Source: Malacoraja senta
Lineage: Eukaryota
Direction: 5' to 3'
Length of the DNA stretch: 64,000 nt
Assembly (NCBI GenBank): GCA_038087875.1
Contig: JAXLNO010000529.1
Location: 372,001-436,000 of the forward strand
The position numbers and the translations under genes were made by a program. Every line of letters begins with the position of its first letter. Position 1 is the first letter of the stretch. The notes beneath the pieces are model-generated. The model was not told the DNA's origin, did not search any database, and saw only the letters and a program-made list of their open reading frames with translations. This document shows positions 1 to 13,806 of this stretch, in pieces.

Positions 1-1233
1 CCTACGCTGCACTCCCCCAATAGCAATAATGTCCTTCCGCAAATTAGGGGACCAAGACTGCACACAATACTCCAGGTGTGGTCTCACCAGGGCCCAGTAC
101 AACTGCAGAAGGACCTCTTTGATCCTACATTCCATTCCTCTTGTTATTTCATTACAGCGCCAGAGACACGGGTTCTGTACGGAGTTTGCACCTTCTACCG
201 GTGACCAAGAGGGTTTTCTCAGAGATCTTCACTTTCCTCCCACACTCCAAAGATGTGCATGTTTGTAGGTTAATTGGTATAAATGTAACATTGTCCCTAG
301 TGTGTGTAGGATAGTGTTAATGTGCGGGGATCGCTGGTCGGTGCAGACTCGGTGGGCCAAAGGGCCTGTTTCCGCGCTGTATCCCTAAATGTGAAACTTA
401 CCATGTCACATGAAGTGTTCTCCCCGACACTGCCCCTGATACTGTGCCCTTTACCATGGACATTGAAACCCTGTGCACAAACAGAAACAGATAGGAGCAT
501 ACAGGCAGTTCAAATATCTGGAGAAATACACCATGACAAACCAGATACTACTTTAACTGACAAAGAAATACTTTGAATTAAATGAGACGTACAAGTAAAG
601 GAACAGTAGTGAAGTTTGGCCCAGTTTATGCAACATTTGGCAGAATGGGGAAGACAGTCTATCCCTGGCAGACTCTTCCTGCATCAGAGGACCCAGTCTT
701 TGGAGATCCTGGGTGGAAACTAACACTAATTGGTCACCCCTTTAGAAAGGAGCAGAGAGGAGAGGAAATGGATTCTGGCAACAGACACAAACATACTAAA
801 CCAAATATAGATTTAGACCAATTCCAAACATAGCTGCAGTTGGATGAATGGAAGGGGCAAGATTACTTAATTGTAATGATTTAAAAACAAGTGTCATGTG
901 TAGATTGATGATGCATGTGAATCAATCACACTTAGTTGGCATCACTAACTCCGCCCCATTATAACAATTATACTAACGCCCATTCCCAGCACCGTTAGTT
1001 GAAGCAGCCAGGATGAACTGACAACACCTAAACCTGTAATGCTGCTAAGTTAATGTGCTGAATAAAGATGTGTGTAAATCTTATATGCTTTGAAGTGATT
1101 TACATGGCATCAGATGTGGTCACACCCACTCCTCTTGTATAACGGTTTTTATTTTCTATTTTGTGAGTATTGCTTTACTTCACGATGGCTTCTTCTTGTC
1201 AGAAGCCTGAGCATCTTGTCTTTGATGCCGATA
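1..1233. repeat. Near-identical duplicate of 45409-46642 (CR1 fragment, SINE fragment, Gypsy 5' LTR, PBS, start of gag), ending at the gap
   Basis: Colinear match from cctacgctgcactccccc to ttgatgccgata with only scattered substitutions and small indels. Confidence 0.95.
899..1104 (+). mobile_element. Gypsy LTR (206 bp), followed by PBS and start of gag
   Basis: TGTA...TACA ends, AATAAA inside, tggcatcagatgtgg immediately 3'; matches the LTRs at 46308 and 50761. Confidence 0.92.
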
Positions 1234-1433
1234 NNNNNNNNNNNNNNNNNNNNNNNNNNNNNNNNNNNNNNNNNNNNNNNNNNNNNNNNNNNNNNNNNNN
1301 NNNNNNNNNNNNNNNNNNNNNNNNNNNNNNNNNNNNNNNNNNNNNNNNNNNNNNNNNNNNNNNNNNNNNNNNNNNNNNNNNNNNNNNNNNNNNNNNNNNN
1401 NNNNNNNNNNNNNNNNNNNNNNNNNNNNNNNNN
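1234..1433. other. Assembly gap (200 N)
   Basis: Run of N. Confidence 1.
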
Positions 1434-1626
1434 CGCATTCTAGGTATCAAGCTCTCTCTGCAAAAAAACACTTGACCTGCACAACTCGTGTAAATTTTGC
1501 CCTTCGAAGCTTAACGCTATGCTCTATAGAGATGTGTAAAAGAGATGCAATCCGATTAGGGGCTGTCAACCGTGGTCAAGAAAATCCATGGCTAACTAAT
1601 ATGAAAGACATCAATTGCATTTTCTC

Positions 1627-1915
1627 CCTGTCAAGCAAGGATGTAATGCTGAGGTTCTATAAGGCACCAGTCAAGCCATATTTGGAGCAATGTGAGCAAT
1701 TTTGGGCACCATATCTGAGGAAGGATGTGCTGGCTCTATATAGGGTCCAGAGGAGGTGTACAAGAATGATCCCAGGAATTAATGGATTAACATATGATGA
1801 GCATTTGATGGCAGTGGACCTGTACTCGCTGGATTTTAGAAGAATAAGGGGGGACCTCATTGAATCATACCAAATAGTGAAAAGCTTGGATAGAGTGGAT
1901 GTGGAGAGGATCAAT
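1627..1915 (+). mobile_element. Diverged CR1 ORF2 3' fragment
   Basis: Translation KDVMLRFYKAPVKPYLEQCEQFWAPYLRKD...RGDLIE. Confidence 0.85.
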
Positions 1916-1989
1916 TCTGGGGTCATTAACCCTCCCTTTACTCTCTTTCCCTTCAACTCCGTCATCGACTATCCCAATGGCCATGGGGG

Positions 1990-2280
1990 GGGGGTCCAAG
2001 AGGATGGGGTCAGTTGGAGACGGGAAAAGGGATCATCAATGGGGGCGAGGACTCCTTCCCGTGGAAGAACGGTGTGAGGCGGAGGCGAGGGAAGAAGAGT
2101 TCCAAACCGAGGCGGGAGCGGAACTCATTGAGGTGGGGACGGAGGGGGACAAAGGTGTGGCCTCTGCTGAGGACAGACCGTTCGGTATCTGAGAGGGGGG
2201 AGGTCAGGGGGGATGGTGAACACACGGCAGGGATGGGGGTTGGGGCCGGAGGAAGGCAGGTGGGTGGACTGAGGCGATGG
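1990..2280 (-). mobile_element. Penelope-like retroelement ORF fragment
   Basis: LSDTERSVLSRGHTFVP...ELFFPRLRLTPFF resembles the LS.GL.F.P...FFRRLRL region upstream of Penelope RT. Confidence 0.6.
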
Positions 2281-2610
2281 TGGCCGATTAGGAAAAGGGG
2301 AGATGCAACGAGACCTGGGTGTCATGGTACACCAGTCATTGAAAGTAGGCATGCAGGTGCAGCAGGCAGTGAAGAAAGCGAATGGTATGTTAGCATTCAT
2401 AGCAAAATGATTTGAGTATAGGAGCAGGGAGGTTCTACTGCAGTTGTACAGGGTCTTGGTGAGACCACACCTGGAGGATTGCATACAGTTTTGGTCTCCT
2501 AATCTGAGGAAAGACATTATTGCCATAGAGGGAGTACAGAGAAGGTTCATCAGACTGATTCCTGGGATGTCAGGACTTTCATATGAAGAAAGACTGGATA
2601 GACTCGGCTT
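2281..2610 (+). mobile_element. CR1 ORF2 fragment
   Basis: QRDLGVMVHQSLK...LYRVLVRPHLE...LSYEERL. Confidence 0.9.
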
Positions 2611-2747
2611 GTCCTCTCCACAACGAATATAAACCTCACCTGCATTTTAATTCCCCCCCACACCACCAAAGCCTCCGGAATCGCTAACACAACGCTACCG
2701 ATGGTAGCGTTTGTAACAACGCCACTATGTCAAAACTTTAACACACT

Positions 2748-4190
2748 TTGGTGGAGCGGGCCGAGGCCCCCCCTAGATCTCAAGGCCCTAAACTTAAGCT
2801 TGTCTGGCTCATACGTAAATCCGGCCCTGGTGGGAGGAAACCGGAGCGCCCGGAGAAAACCCACGCAGGTCAAGGGGAGAGAGATGGTGCAAACTCCGTA
2901 AAGACAGCGCCCGTGGTCGGGATGGAACCCGGGGTCTCTGGCGCCGTGAGGCGGCAACTCTACCGCTGCGCCATCGTCACGACCAGAGAGGGAGGTAGAG
3001 GTGAATACTTCACTCTCCCTCTCTCCTCGTCCCCCTCTCCCTCTCTCCCAATCTTCCCTCTAAATCTTTCTCAAAACTCTTCAAACTTTCTCTCACACTC
3101 ATTCCCTCCCTCCCTCTCTCCCTCTCTCCCCCCCCTCCTTTTTCCTCTCCACCCCACCCTCAATGCACCAAAAAAACAACAACAAAACCACCCCGGAACC
3201 AACATTCGGCGTTTCGCCCTCGACCCGGACGCCTGAGACCCGCCGTCCCGCTTTGCCAGCGCCGGTGCGCCGCCCTAAAGCATCCCCCCTCACGCCGGAA
3301 GCGCCTCGGGAATGCAGCAGTGAAAAGCAGGTAAAGATAAAAGCGCTGCCATGCAGCGGGGGACGCAGCAATGCAGCCAGTGATGCATGCATTCCCTTTA
3401 ATGCAGCAAGTGATACATGCAGTCCCTTTAATGCAGCCAGTCATGCATGCATTCCCTTTAATGCAGCAGGCACAGGCGCTGGCAGGCGGTTCCCACACTT
3501 AAAACTCACACTCTATCCATGCTTAATGTGGCCCTTGAAGGCCGATTCCTGTCTCATTTCCAAACTATTTGCCCCAAAAATTCCCCCAAAGTCACCAAAC
3601 CGACCTTGCGGGACAACGGGGTGGATGCGGGGAGCCTGGACCTTCCGGAAAAGGTCCTTCGGCCCATTTCACTCCTGCTAGCCCACACTTGGCATTGTCT
3701 GCATTGGACCTTTCTGAATTTGTAGTCAGCAGGGCAATACTCTGCATATCGCCAACTTACCGAGTCCGCCTTGCAACCATGGCTGACCTATCCCCTCTCT
3801 CTCTCCCCCTCTTTCCCCCTCTCTCTCTCCCCTCTCTCACCCCCTCTCTCTCCCCCTATCTCTCTCCCCCTATCTCTCTCCCCCCTCATTCCCCCTCTCC
3901 CCCCCTCTCTCCCCCCTCTCTCTCACCCTCTCCCTCCCCCTCTCTGCGTCTCTCTCCCCCTCCCTCTCTCCCCCTCTCTCTCCCCCTCTCTGCCTCTCTC
4001 TCCCCCTCTTCCTCTCCCTCTCTCTCTCTCCCTCTCTCCCTCTCTCTCTCTCTCTCCCTCTCCCCCTCTCTCCCCCTCTCTCTCCCTCTCTCCCTCTCTC
4101 CCCCTCCCTCTCTGCCCCTCTCTCTCTCCCTCTATCCCAAATGAGACCACACCTGGAGTATGGTGTGCAGTTTTGGCCTGTTGGCCTTCA
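2748..4190. repeat. Left part of a segmental duplication; paralogue of 29139-30750
   Basis: Shared unique sequence, SINE head fragment and CT tracts in the same order (ORFs 3163-3681 and 29387-30094 share MHQKNNNKTTPEPTFGVSPSTRTPETRRP). Confidence 0.92.
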
Positions 4191-5625
4191 TAGATACATA
4201 GATACATAGAAAATAGGTGCAGGAGTAGGCCATTCGGCCCTTCGAGCCTGCACCGCCATTCAATATGATCATGGCTGATCATCCAACTCAGTATCCCGTA
4301 CCTGCCTTCTCTCCATACCCCCTGATCGCTTTAGCCACAAGGGCCACATCTAACTCCCTCTTAAATATAGCCAATGAACTGGCCTCAACTACCCTCTGTG
4401 GCAGAGAGTTCCAGAGATTCACCACTCTCTGTGTGAAAAAGTTTTTCCTCATCTCGGTCTTAAAGGATTTCCCCCTTATCCTTAAGCTGTGACCCCTTGT
4501 CCTGGACTTCCCCAACATCGGGAACAATCTTCCTGCATCTAGCCTGTCCAACCCCATAAGAATTTTGTACGTTTCTATAAGATCCCCTCTCAATCTCCTA
4601 AATTCTAGCGAGTATAAGCCAAGTCTATCCAGTCTTTCTTCATATGAAAGTCCTGACATCCCAGGAATCAGTCTGGTGAACCTTCTCTGCACTCCCTCTA
4701 TGGCTATAATGTCCTTCCTCAGATTTGGAGACCAAAACTGTATGCAATACTCCAGGTGTGGTCTCACCAAGACCCTGTACAACTGCAGTAGAACCTCCCT
4801 GCTCCTATACTCAAATCCTCTTGCTATGAAGGCCAACATACCATTCGCTTTCTTCACTGCCTGCTGCACCTGCATGCCTACTTTCAATGACTGGTGTACC
4901 ATGACACCCAGGTCTCGCTGCATCTACCCATTTCCTAATCGGCCACCATTTAGATAATATTCTGCCTTCCCGTTTTTGCCACCAAAGTGGATAACCTCAC
5001 ATTTATCCACATTATACTGCATCTGCCAAACATTTGCCCACTCACCCAGCCTATCCAAGTCACCTTGCAGTCTCCTAACATCGTCCTCACAGCTAACACT
5101 GCCCCCCAGCTTAGTGTCATCCGCAAACTTGGAGATGTTGCTTTCAATTCCCTCGTCCAGATCATTAATATAAATTGTAAATAGCTGGCGTCCCAGCACT
5201 GAGCCTTGCGGTACCCCACTAGTCACTGCCTGCCATTGTGAAAAGGACCCGTTTACTCCTACTCTTTGCTTCCTGTTTGCCAGCCAGTTCTCTATCCACA
5301 TCAATACTGAACCCCCAATACCGTGTGATTTAAGTTTGTATCCTAATCTCTTATGTGGTACCTTGTCGAAAGCCTTCTGAAAGTCCAGATACAACACATC
5401 CACTGGTTCTCCCCTATCCACTCTACTAGTTACATCCTCGAAAATATCTATAAGATTCGTCAGACACGATTTACCTTTCGTAAATCCATGCTGACTTTGT
5501 CCAATGATTTCACCACTTTCCAAATGTGCTGCTATCCCATCTTTAATAACTGACTCTAGCAGTTTCCCCACTACCGATGTTAGACTAACTGGTCTGTAAT
5601 TCCCCGTTTTCTCTCTCCCTCCCTT
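4190..5625 (-). mobile_element. 5'-truncated CR1 LINE (RT and 3' end)
   Basis: [22 protein letters not shown] and KFADD motifs; 3' UTR with short tandem tail near 4190-4212. Confidence 0.95.
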
Positions 5626-7640
5626 CATAACAAGAGGAGTTGAGTATCAAGTCAAGTCAAGTCACATTTATTTATTTAGCACATTTAAAAAACACCTCTC
5701 ATTGGCCAAAGTGCTTTACATTTTGTATAGGAGCAAAGAGGTCCTTCTGCAGTTGTACGGGGCCCTGGTGAGACCACACCTGGAGTATTGTGTGCACCTT
5801 TGGCCTGTTGGCCTTCATAACAAGAGGAGTTGAGTATAGGAGCAAAGAGGTCCTTCTGCAGTTGTACAGGGCCCTGGTGAGACCACACCTGGAGTATTGT
5901 GTGCAGTTTTGGCCTGTTGGCCTTCATAACAAGAGGAGTTGAGTATAGGAGCAAAGAGGTCCTTCTGCAGTTGTACAGGGCCCTGGTGAGACCACACCTG
6001 GAGTATTGTGTGCAGTTTTGGCCTGTTGGCCTTCATAACAAGAGGAGTTAAGTATAGGAGCAAAGAGGTTTTTCTGCAGTTGTACAGGGCCCTGGTGAGA
6101 CCACACCTGTAGTATTGTGTGCAATTTTGGCCTGTTGGCCTTCATAACAAGAGGAGTTGAGTATAGGAGCAAAGAGGTCCTTCTGCAGTTGTACAGGGCC
6201 CTGGTGAGACCACACCTGGAGTGTTGTGTGCAGTTTTGGTCTGTTGGCCTTCATAACAAGAGGAGTTGAGTATAGGAGCAAAGAGGTCCTTCTGCAGTTG
6301 TACAGGGCCCTGGTGATACCACACCTGTAGTATTGTGCGCAGTTTTGGCCTGTTGGCCTTCATAACAAGAGGAGTTGAGTATAGGAGCAAAGAGGTCCTT
6401 CTGCAGTTGTACAGGGCCCTGGTGAGACCACACCTGGAGTATTGTGTGCAGTTTTGGCCTGTTGGCCTTCATAACAAGAGGGGTTGAGTATAGGAGCAAA
6501 GAGGTCCTTCTGCAGTTGTACAGGGCCCTGGTGAGACCACACCTGGAGTATTGTGTGCAGTTTTGGCCTGTTGGCCTTCATAACAAGAGGAGTTGAGTAT
6601 AGGAGCAAAGAGGTCCTTCTGCTGTTGTACAGGGCCCTGGTGAGACCACACCTGGAGTATTGTGTGCAGTTTTGGCCTGTTGGCCTTCATAACAAGAGGA
6701 GTTGAGTATAGAAGCAAAGAGGTCCTTCTGCAGGTGTACAGGGCCCTGGTGAGACCACACCTGGAGTATTGTGTGCAGTTTTGGCCTGTTGGCCTTCATA
6801 ACAAGAGGAGTTGAGTATAGGAGCAAAGAGGTCCTTCTGCATTTGTACAGGGCCCTGGTGAGACCACACCTGGAGTATTGTGTGCAGTTTTGGCCTGTTG
6901 GCCTTCATAACAAAAGGAGTTGAGTATAGGAGCAAAGAGGTCCTTCTGCTGTTGTACAGGGCCCTGGTGAGACCCCACCTGGAGTATTGTGTGCAGTTTT
7001 GGCCTGTTGGCCTTCATAACAAGAGGAGTTGAGTATAGGAGCAAAGAGGTCCTTCTGCAGTTGTACAGGGCCCTGGTGAGACCACACCTGGAGTATTGTG
7101 TGCAGTTTTGGCCTGTTGGCCTTCATAACAAGAGTTGAGTATAGGAGCAAAGAGGTCCTTCTGTAGTTGTACAGGGCCCTGGTGAGACCACACCTGGAGT
7201 ATTGTGTGCAGTTTTGGCCTGTTGGCCTTCATAACAAGAGGAGTTGAGTATAGGAGCAAAGAGGTCCTTCTGCAGTTGTACAGGGCCCTGGTGAGACCAC
7301 ACCTGGAGTATTGTGTGCAGTTTTGGCCTGTTGGCCTTCATAACAAGAGGAGTTGAGTATAGGAGCAAAGAGGTCCTTCTGCAGTTGTACAGGGCCCTGG
7401 TGAGACCACACCTGGAGTATTGTGTGCAGTTTTGGCCTGTTGGCCTTCATAACAAGAGGAGTTGAGTATAGGAGCAAAGAGGTCCTTCTGCAGTTGTACA
7501 GGGCCCTGGTGAGACCACACCTGGAGTATTGTGTGCAGTTTTGGCATGTGGGCCTTCATAACAAGAGGAGTTGAGTATAGGAGCAAAGAGGTCCTTCTGC
7601 AGTTGTACAGGGCCCTGGTGAGACCACACCTGGAGTATTC
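5624..7640 (+). repeat. 109-bp tandem satellite (about 18 units) derived from CR1 ORF2
   Basis: Units start every 109 bp (5810, 5919, 6028 ... 7551; one unit is 106 bp); unit translates [34 protein letters not shown]. Confidence 0.97.
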
Positions 7641-10600
7641 CATCCGCAGTTCACACTTCAAATTAAGTGGGATTGAGGAAGCCACTGATTGGTGGAAACG
7701 GACTAGGGGAAGCCGCTGATTGGCTTGTACCCAGGGTAAGGCTTTGTATTGTATCCAGCGTAAGGCTTTGTATTAATAATAATAATAATAATAAATTTTA
7801 TTTATGGGTGCCTTTCAAAAGTCTCAAGGACACCTTACAAAGTTTAACAAATAGTGTAGAAACATGTAAGCGGAATGAAATAAATAGCAAAGACATCACC
7901 AGTACACAAATTAAAGATAGAATTAAATCCAAAAACAAAAATCAAAAACACAATATGGAAGAGGGGGAGAAAGAGGGGGGAGAATGAGGGCCAGGGCAGT
8001 TTACTGTTCTGGATGTCAGATGTGGGAGGTCATGGAGTCTGATACCCTTCCAGACGTCCACATCTGCGCCAGGTGTGTCTAGATGGGGCTCCTAAGGGAC
8101 CGTGTTAGGAACCTGGAGCAGCAGCTCGATGACCTCTGTCTGATCAGGGAGAGTGAGGAGGTCATAGAGAGGAGTTATAGGGAGGTGGTCACTCCAAGAC
8201 CACGGGAGGCAGACAAGTGGGTCACTGTTAGGAAGGGCCAGAGGCAGAGGCAAGGACTAGTGAGTACCCCGGTGGCTGTACACCTTGACAATAAGTACTC
8301 ATGTTTGAGTACGGTTGGGGGGGACAGCCTATCTGGGGGTGGCGACAGTGGCCGGGCCTCCAGTACAGAGACCGGCCCTGTTGCTCAGAAGGGTAGGGAA
8401 AAGAAGAGGAGGGCAATAGTAATAGGGGACTCTATAGTTAGGGGGTCAGACAGGCGATTCTGTGGACGCAGTCAGTAGACCCGGATGGTAGTTTGCCTCC
8501 CTGGTGCCAGGGTCATGGATGTGTCTGAACGCGTCCAAGATATCCTGAAATGGGAGGGAGAGGAGCCTGAGGTTGTGGTACATATAGATACCAATGTCAT
8601 AGGCAGAAAGAGAAAAGAGGTCCTGAAAGGAGAATTTAGGGAGTTGGGAGGAGAGTTAAGGAGAAGGTCTACAAAGGTAACAATCTCAGGATTACTGCCT
8701 GTGCCACGCGACAGTGAGAGTAGGAATGGAATGAGGTGGAGGATAAATGCGTGGCTGACGGACTGGTGCAGTGGGCAGGGATTCAAGTTTCTGGATCATT
8801 GGGACCTCTTTTGGGGAAGGTGTGACCTATACATAAAGGACGGGTTGCACTTGAACCCGAGGGGGACCAATATCCTGGCGGGGAGATTTGCAAAGGCAAC
8901 TGGGGAGACTTTAAACTAGAACGGTTGGGGGGAGGGACTCGAATAGGGAAAGCTAGTAGTCAGGGTGTGAGGCAGGAGGCAGAGAAGGGAAGGACTCGGA
9001 CCCAAAATGTAGGGGAGAAAGAAGAAAAAGATAATAAACAGAGAATAAGAGGTGGTGGGTTTCTTAAATGTGTATATTTTAATGCTAGGAGCATTGTAAG
9101 AAAGGTGGATGAGCTTAGAGCCTGGATTGACACCTGGAAGTATGATGTTGTGGCGATCAGTGAAACATGGTTGCAGGAGGGCTGTGAGTGGAAACTAAAT
9201 ATTCCAGGATTTCGTTGCTTTAGGTGTGATAGAGTTGGAGGGGCAAGAGGTGGGGGTGTTGCATTGCTTGTCAAGGAAGATATTACAGCAGTGCTTTGGC
9301 AGGATAGATTAGAGGGCTCGTCTAGGGAGGCTATTTGGGTGGAACTGAGAAATGGGAAAGGGGTAGCAACACTTATAGGGGTGTATTATAGACCGCCTAA
9401 TGGAGAGCGAGAATTGGAAGAGCAAATATGTAAGGAGATAGCAGATATTAGTAGTAAGCACAAGGTAGTGATTGTGTGAGATTTCAATTTTCCACACATA
9501 GACTGGGAAACACATTCTGTAAAAGGGCTGGATGGTTTGGAGTTTGTAAAATGTGTGCAGGATAGTTTTTTGCAGCAATACATAGAGGTACCTACAAGAG
9601 AAGGGGCAGTGCTGGACCTCCTGTTAGGAAATGAGACAGGGCAGGTGGCGGAGGTATGCGTTGGGGAGCACTTTGGGTCCAGTGATCACAATACCATTAG
9701 TTTCAATATAGTTATGGAGAGGGTCAGAACTGGACCTAAGGTTGAGATTTTTGACTGGAGAAAGGCTAACTTTGAGGAGATGCGAAATGATTTAAAAGGA
9801 GTGAATTGGGGCATGTTGTTTTATGGGAAGGATGTAGAAGAGAAATGGAGGACATTTAAAGGTGACATTTTAAGAGTACAGAATCTTTATGTCCCTGTTC
9901 GGTTGAAAGGAAATAGTAAAAATTGGAAAGAGCCATGGTTTTCAAGGGAAATTGGACACTTGGTTCGGAAAAAGAGAGAGATCTACAATAATTATAGGCG
10001 GCATAGAGTAAATGAGGTGCTGCAGGAGTATAAAGAATGTAAAAAGAATATTAAGAAAGAAATTAGAAAAGCTAAAAGAAGATATGAGGTTGCTTTGGCA
10101 AGTAAGGTGAAAGTAAACCCAAAGGGTTTCTACAGCTATATTAATAGCAAAAGGATAACAAGGAATAATATTGGTCCATTAGAGAGTCAGGGTGGACAGC
10201 TATCTGCAGAGCCAAAAGAGATGGGGGAGATATTGAACAATTTCTTTTCTTCGGTATTCACCAAGGAGAAGGATATTGAATTATGTGAGGTAAGGGAAAC
10301 TATGAGATTCAAAGAAGAGGAGGTGCGGACACTTTTGAAAAATATGAAAACGGATAAGTCTCCAGGTCCTGACAGGATATTCCCTAGGACATTGAGGGTA
10401 GTTAGTGTAGAAATAGCAGGGGCTATGACAGAAATATTTCAAATGTCATTAGAAACGGGAATAGTGCCGGAGGATTGGCGTACTGCGCTTGTTGTTCCAT
10501 TGTTTAAAAAGGGTTCTAAGAGTAAACCTAGCAATTCTAGACCTGTTAGTTTGACGTCAGTGGTGGGCAAATTAATGGAAAGGATACTTAGGGATAATAT

Positions 10601-13600
10601 ATATAAGCATCTGGATAAACAGGGTCTGATTAAGAACAGTCAACATGGATTTGTGCCTGGAAGGTCATGTTTGACTAATCTTCTTGAATTTTTCGAAGAG
10701 GTTACTAGGGAAATTGACGAGGGTAAAGCAGTGGATGTTGTCTATATGGACTTCAGTAAGTCCTTTGACAAGGTTCCTCATGGAAGGTTGGTTAAGAAGA
10801 TTCAATTGTTGGGTATTAATGGTGGAGTAGCAAGATGGATTTAACAGTGGCTGAATGGGAGATGCCAGAGAGTAATGGTGGATGGCTGTTTGTCAGGTTG
10901 GAGGCCGGTGACTAGTGGGGTGCCTCAGGGGTCTGTGTTGGCTCCACTGTTGTTTGTCATGTACATCAATGATCTGGATGATGGTGTGGAAAATTGGATT
11001 AGTAAGTATGCTGATAATACTAATATAGGTGGTGTTGTGGATAATGAAGTAGATTTTTTTTATTTTTTTTTATTTTAATTTTAAAAATTTTTATTTCGAA
11101 CGATCAAAAAAAGTAGAAAAGAAAAGATGATAATGAACAATAAACAAAGGAAAACCATACACATACATATATACATACACAAACACATACACACATACAT
11201 ACATATACATGTACATATACACACACATACACACACACATATATACACACACACACACACACACAACACACACGTACATACATAAATTAAATAATCAAAA
11301 GCCAATTTGAACATAATACACATTAGACTCGTTCGAAAAGGGATAGGAAGAAGCCTATGCTTGTCAAGTCCTACCCCCATTCTTCACCATTAACAAATGC
11401 AAAATTCAATAAAATAAAATAAACAGACAATTCAAATAAAACTACTCCAATCAAGCTATTAAGAAAACAAGAATAAAAAAAGAAAAGAACACAAAGAACA
11501 AGCACCATTACCATCTGTGAGATTTACATTCTCCTTCCTCATTACTGTACTTTTCAAAGATATATCTTTTGTACATTTTTTTAAATTGCATTATATTCAT
11601 ACTTTGTTTAATCGTTTCGTCAAGACCATTCCACAAAACCACCCCACAAATGGAAATACACATACTTTTTAAATTGGTCCGAGCATAATGCTGTTTCAAG
11701 TTTAGTTTCCCTCTAAAGTTATAACCCCCCCTCTGCCTTTGAACAGTTTTTGTATGTTTATAGGTAGCAGTTTATTTTTTGCTTTATAAATTATTTGTGC
11801 AGTCTTAAATTCTACCAGATCCTTACTCTTTAAGGTGCGTAATTTTAAATATAGTATATTGTTGTGTTCATGATATCCTACATTGTTTACTATACGAATA
11901 GCTCTTTTTTGTAGTGTGCTTAGTGATTGTAAGGTGGTTTTGTAGGTGTTGCCCCATACTTCCACACAGTAATTTAAATACGGTAACACAAGTGAGCTGT
12001 ACAGAATATACAGTGCTCTCTCATTCAAAACATGCCTTGCTTTCCCCATCACTCCAATACTCCGTGCTACTTTTGCTCTCATATGTTTTATATGGGGTTT
12101 CCAGCAGATTTTGTGATCAAGAATCACACCCAGAAATGTATTTTCATACACTCTTTCTATTTCAACATTATTTATCATTACTTTTACTTGTGTATTTATT
12201 TTGCGTTTTCCAAACAGCATAAGTTTGGTTTTGTTTCAATTTAATGATAATTTATTCAAATCAAACCATGTTTTTAGTTTACTCATTTCTGCTGTGACCA
12301 CCTCCAAAAGCTGCTGCAAATTGTCCCCATCACAGAAAATATTAGTGTCATCTGCAAATAACACAAATTTCAAGAGGTTTGACACCCTACATATATCATT
12401 AATATACAAAATAAATAATTTGGGGCCCAAAACCGACCCCTGTGGGACTCCACAAGTTATTTCTAAGCATGTTGATTTGAAGTCCCCTTTGCACAAACTG
12501 ATGTATTTTACTTATGTAGCTTCTCATCCACTCTAGTACAACCCCTCTGATTCCATACTTTTCCAGTTTTTTGATTAGCAAATGATGATCAATTGTATCG
12601 AATGCTTTTTTCAAATCTATAAATACACCCACTGCATATTTCTTGTTATCTATAGAACTGGTAATGTCTTCAATTAACTCCATTAATGCCATGGTTGTCG
12701 ATCTGTTTGACCTGAATCCATATTGACTATGAACTAGCAATTCATGCTTCTCGATAAAGTTATCTAATCTACTTACATATAGTTTTTCTAATATTTTTGA
12801 GAACTGAGAGAGTAACGACACCGGCCCGTAATTTGCAAATTGATTTCTGTCTCCAGCTTTGTATAGTGGGATGACTTTGGCAGTTTTCATTTTACATGGA
12901 AATACACCAGTTTTGAAAGATAAATTGCAAATTTTCAAAGTCTACAGAGAGATTTAGGCCATTTGGAAGAATGGGCTGAAAGATGGCAGATGGAGTTTAA
13001 TGCTGATAAATGTGAGGTGCTACATCTTGGCAGGACAAATCAAAATAGGACGTACATGGTAAATGGTAGCGAATTGAGGAATGCAGTTGAACAGAGGGAT
13101 CTAGGAATAACTGTGCATAGTTCCCTGAAGGTGGAATCTCATGTAGATAGGGTGGTAAAGAAAGCTTTTGGTGTGCTGGCCTTTATAAATCAGAGCATTG
13201 AGTATAGAAGTTAGGATGTAATGTTAAAATTGTACAAGGCATTGGTGAGGCCAATTCTGGAGTATGGAGTACATTTTGGTCACCTAATTATAGGAAGGAT
13301 GTCAACAAAATAGAGAGAGTACAGAGGAGATTTACGAGAATGGTGCCTGGGTTTCAGCAATTAAATTACAGAGAAAGGCTGAACAAGTTAGGTCTTTATT
13401 CTTTGGAGCGCAGAAGGTTAAGGGGGGACTTGATAGAGGTCTTTAAAATGATGAGAGGGATAGACAGAGTTGACGTGGATAAGCTTTTCCCATTGAGAGT
13501 AGGTAAGATTCAAACAAGAGGACATGACTTGAGAATTAAGGGACAGAAGTTTAGGGGTAACATTAGGGGGAACTTCTTTACTCAGAGAGTGGTAGCTGTG

Positions 13601-13806
13601 TGGAATGAGCTTCCAGTGGAAGTAGTGGAGGCAGGTTCGATTTTATTATTTAAAAATAGATTGGATTGGTATATGGACGAGAAAGGAATGGAGGGTTATG
13701 GTCTGAGTGCAGGTAGATGGGACTAGGGGAGAAAAAGTGTTCGGCATGGACTTGAAGGGCCGAGATGGCCTGTTTCCGTGCTGTAATTGTTATATGGTTA
13801 TATGGT
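7641..13806 (+). mobile_element. Near full-length CR1 LINE: 5' UTR, ORF1 (Cys finger plus SGNH esterase, about 7984-8919), ORF2 (APE endonuclease plus RT, about 9060-13726); disabled and carrying nested insertions
   Basis: IVIGDSIVRG and DGLHLN in ORF1; NARS, ISETW, YYRPP, SDH, MDFSKSFDKVPH and YADN in ORF2; in-frame stops; (tatggtta) tail. Confidence 0.93.
11057..12932 (-). mobile_element. L2/Crack-like LINE inserted antisense into the CR1 ORF2
   Basis: [38 protein letters not shown] and YLNYCVEVWG motifs; A-rich tail; CR1 sequence resumes at about 12933. Confidence 0.88.

Noticed and set aside
5624..7640. CRISPR-like array or repeated 82-aa genes
   Set aside because: Units are head-to-tail with no unique spacers, derive from CR1, and the context is eukaryotic; the ORFs are antisense artefacts of the 109-bp period
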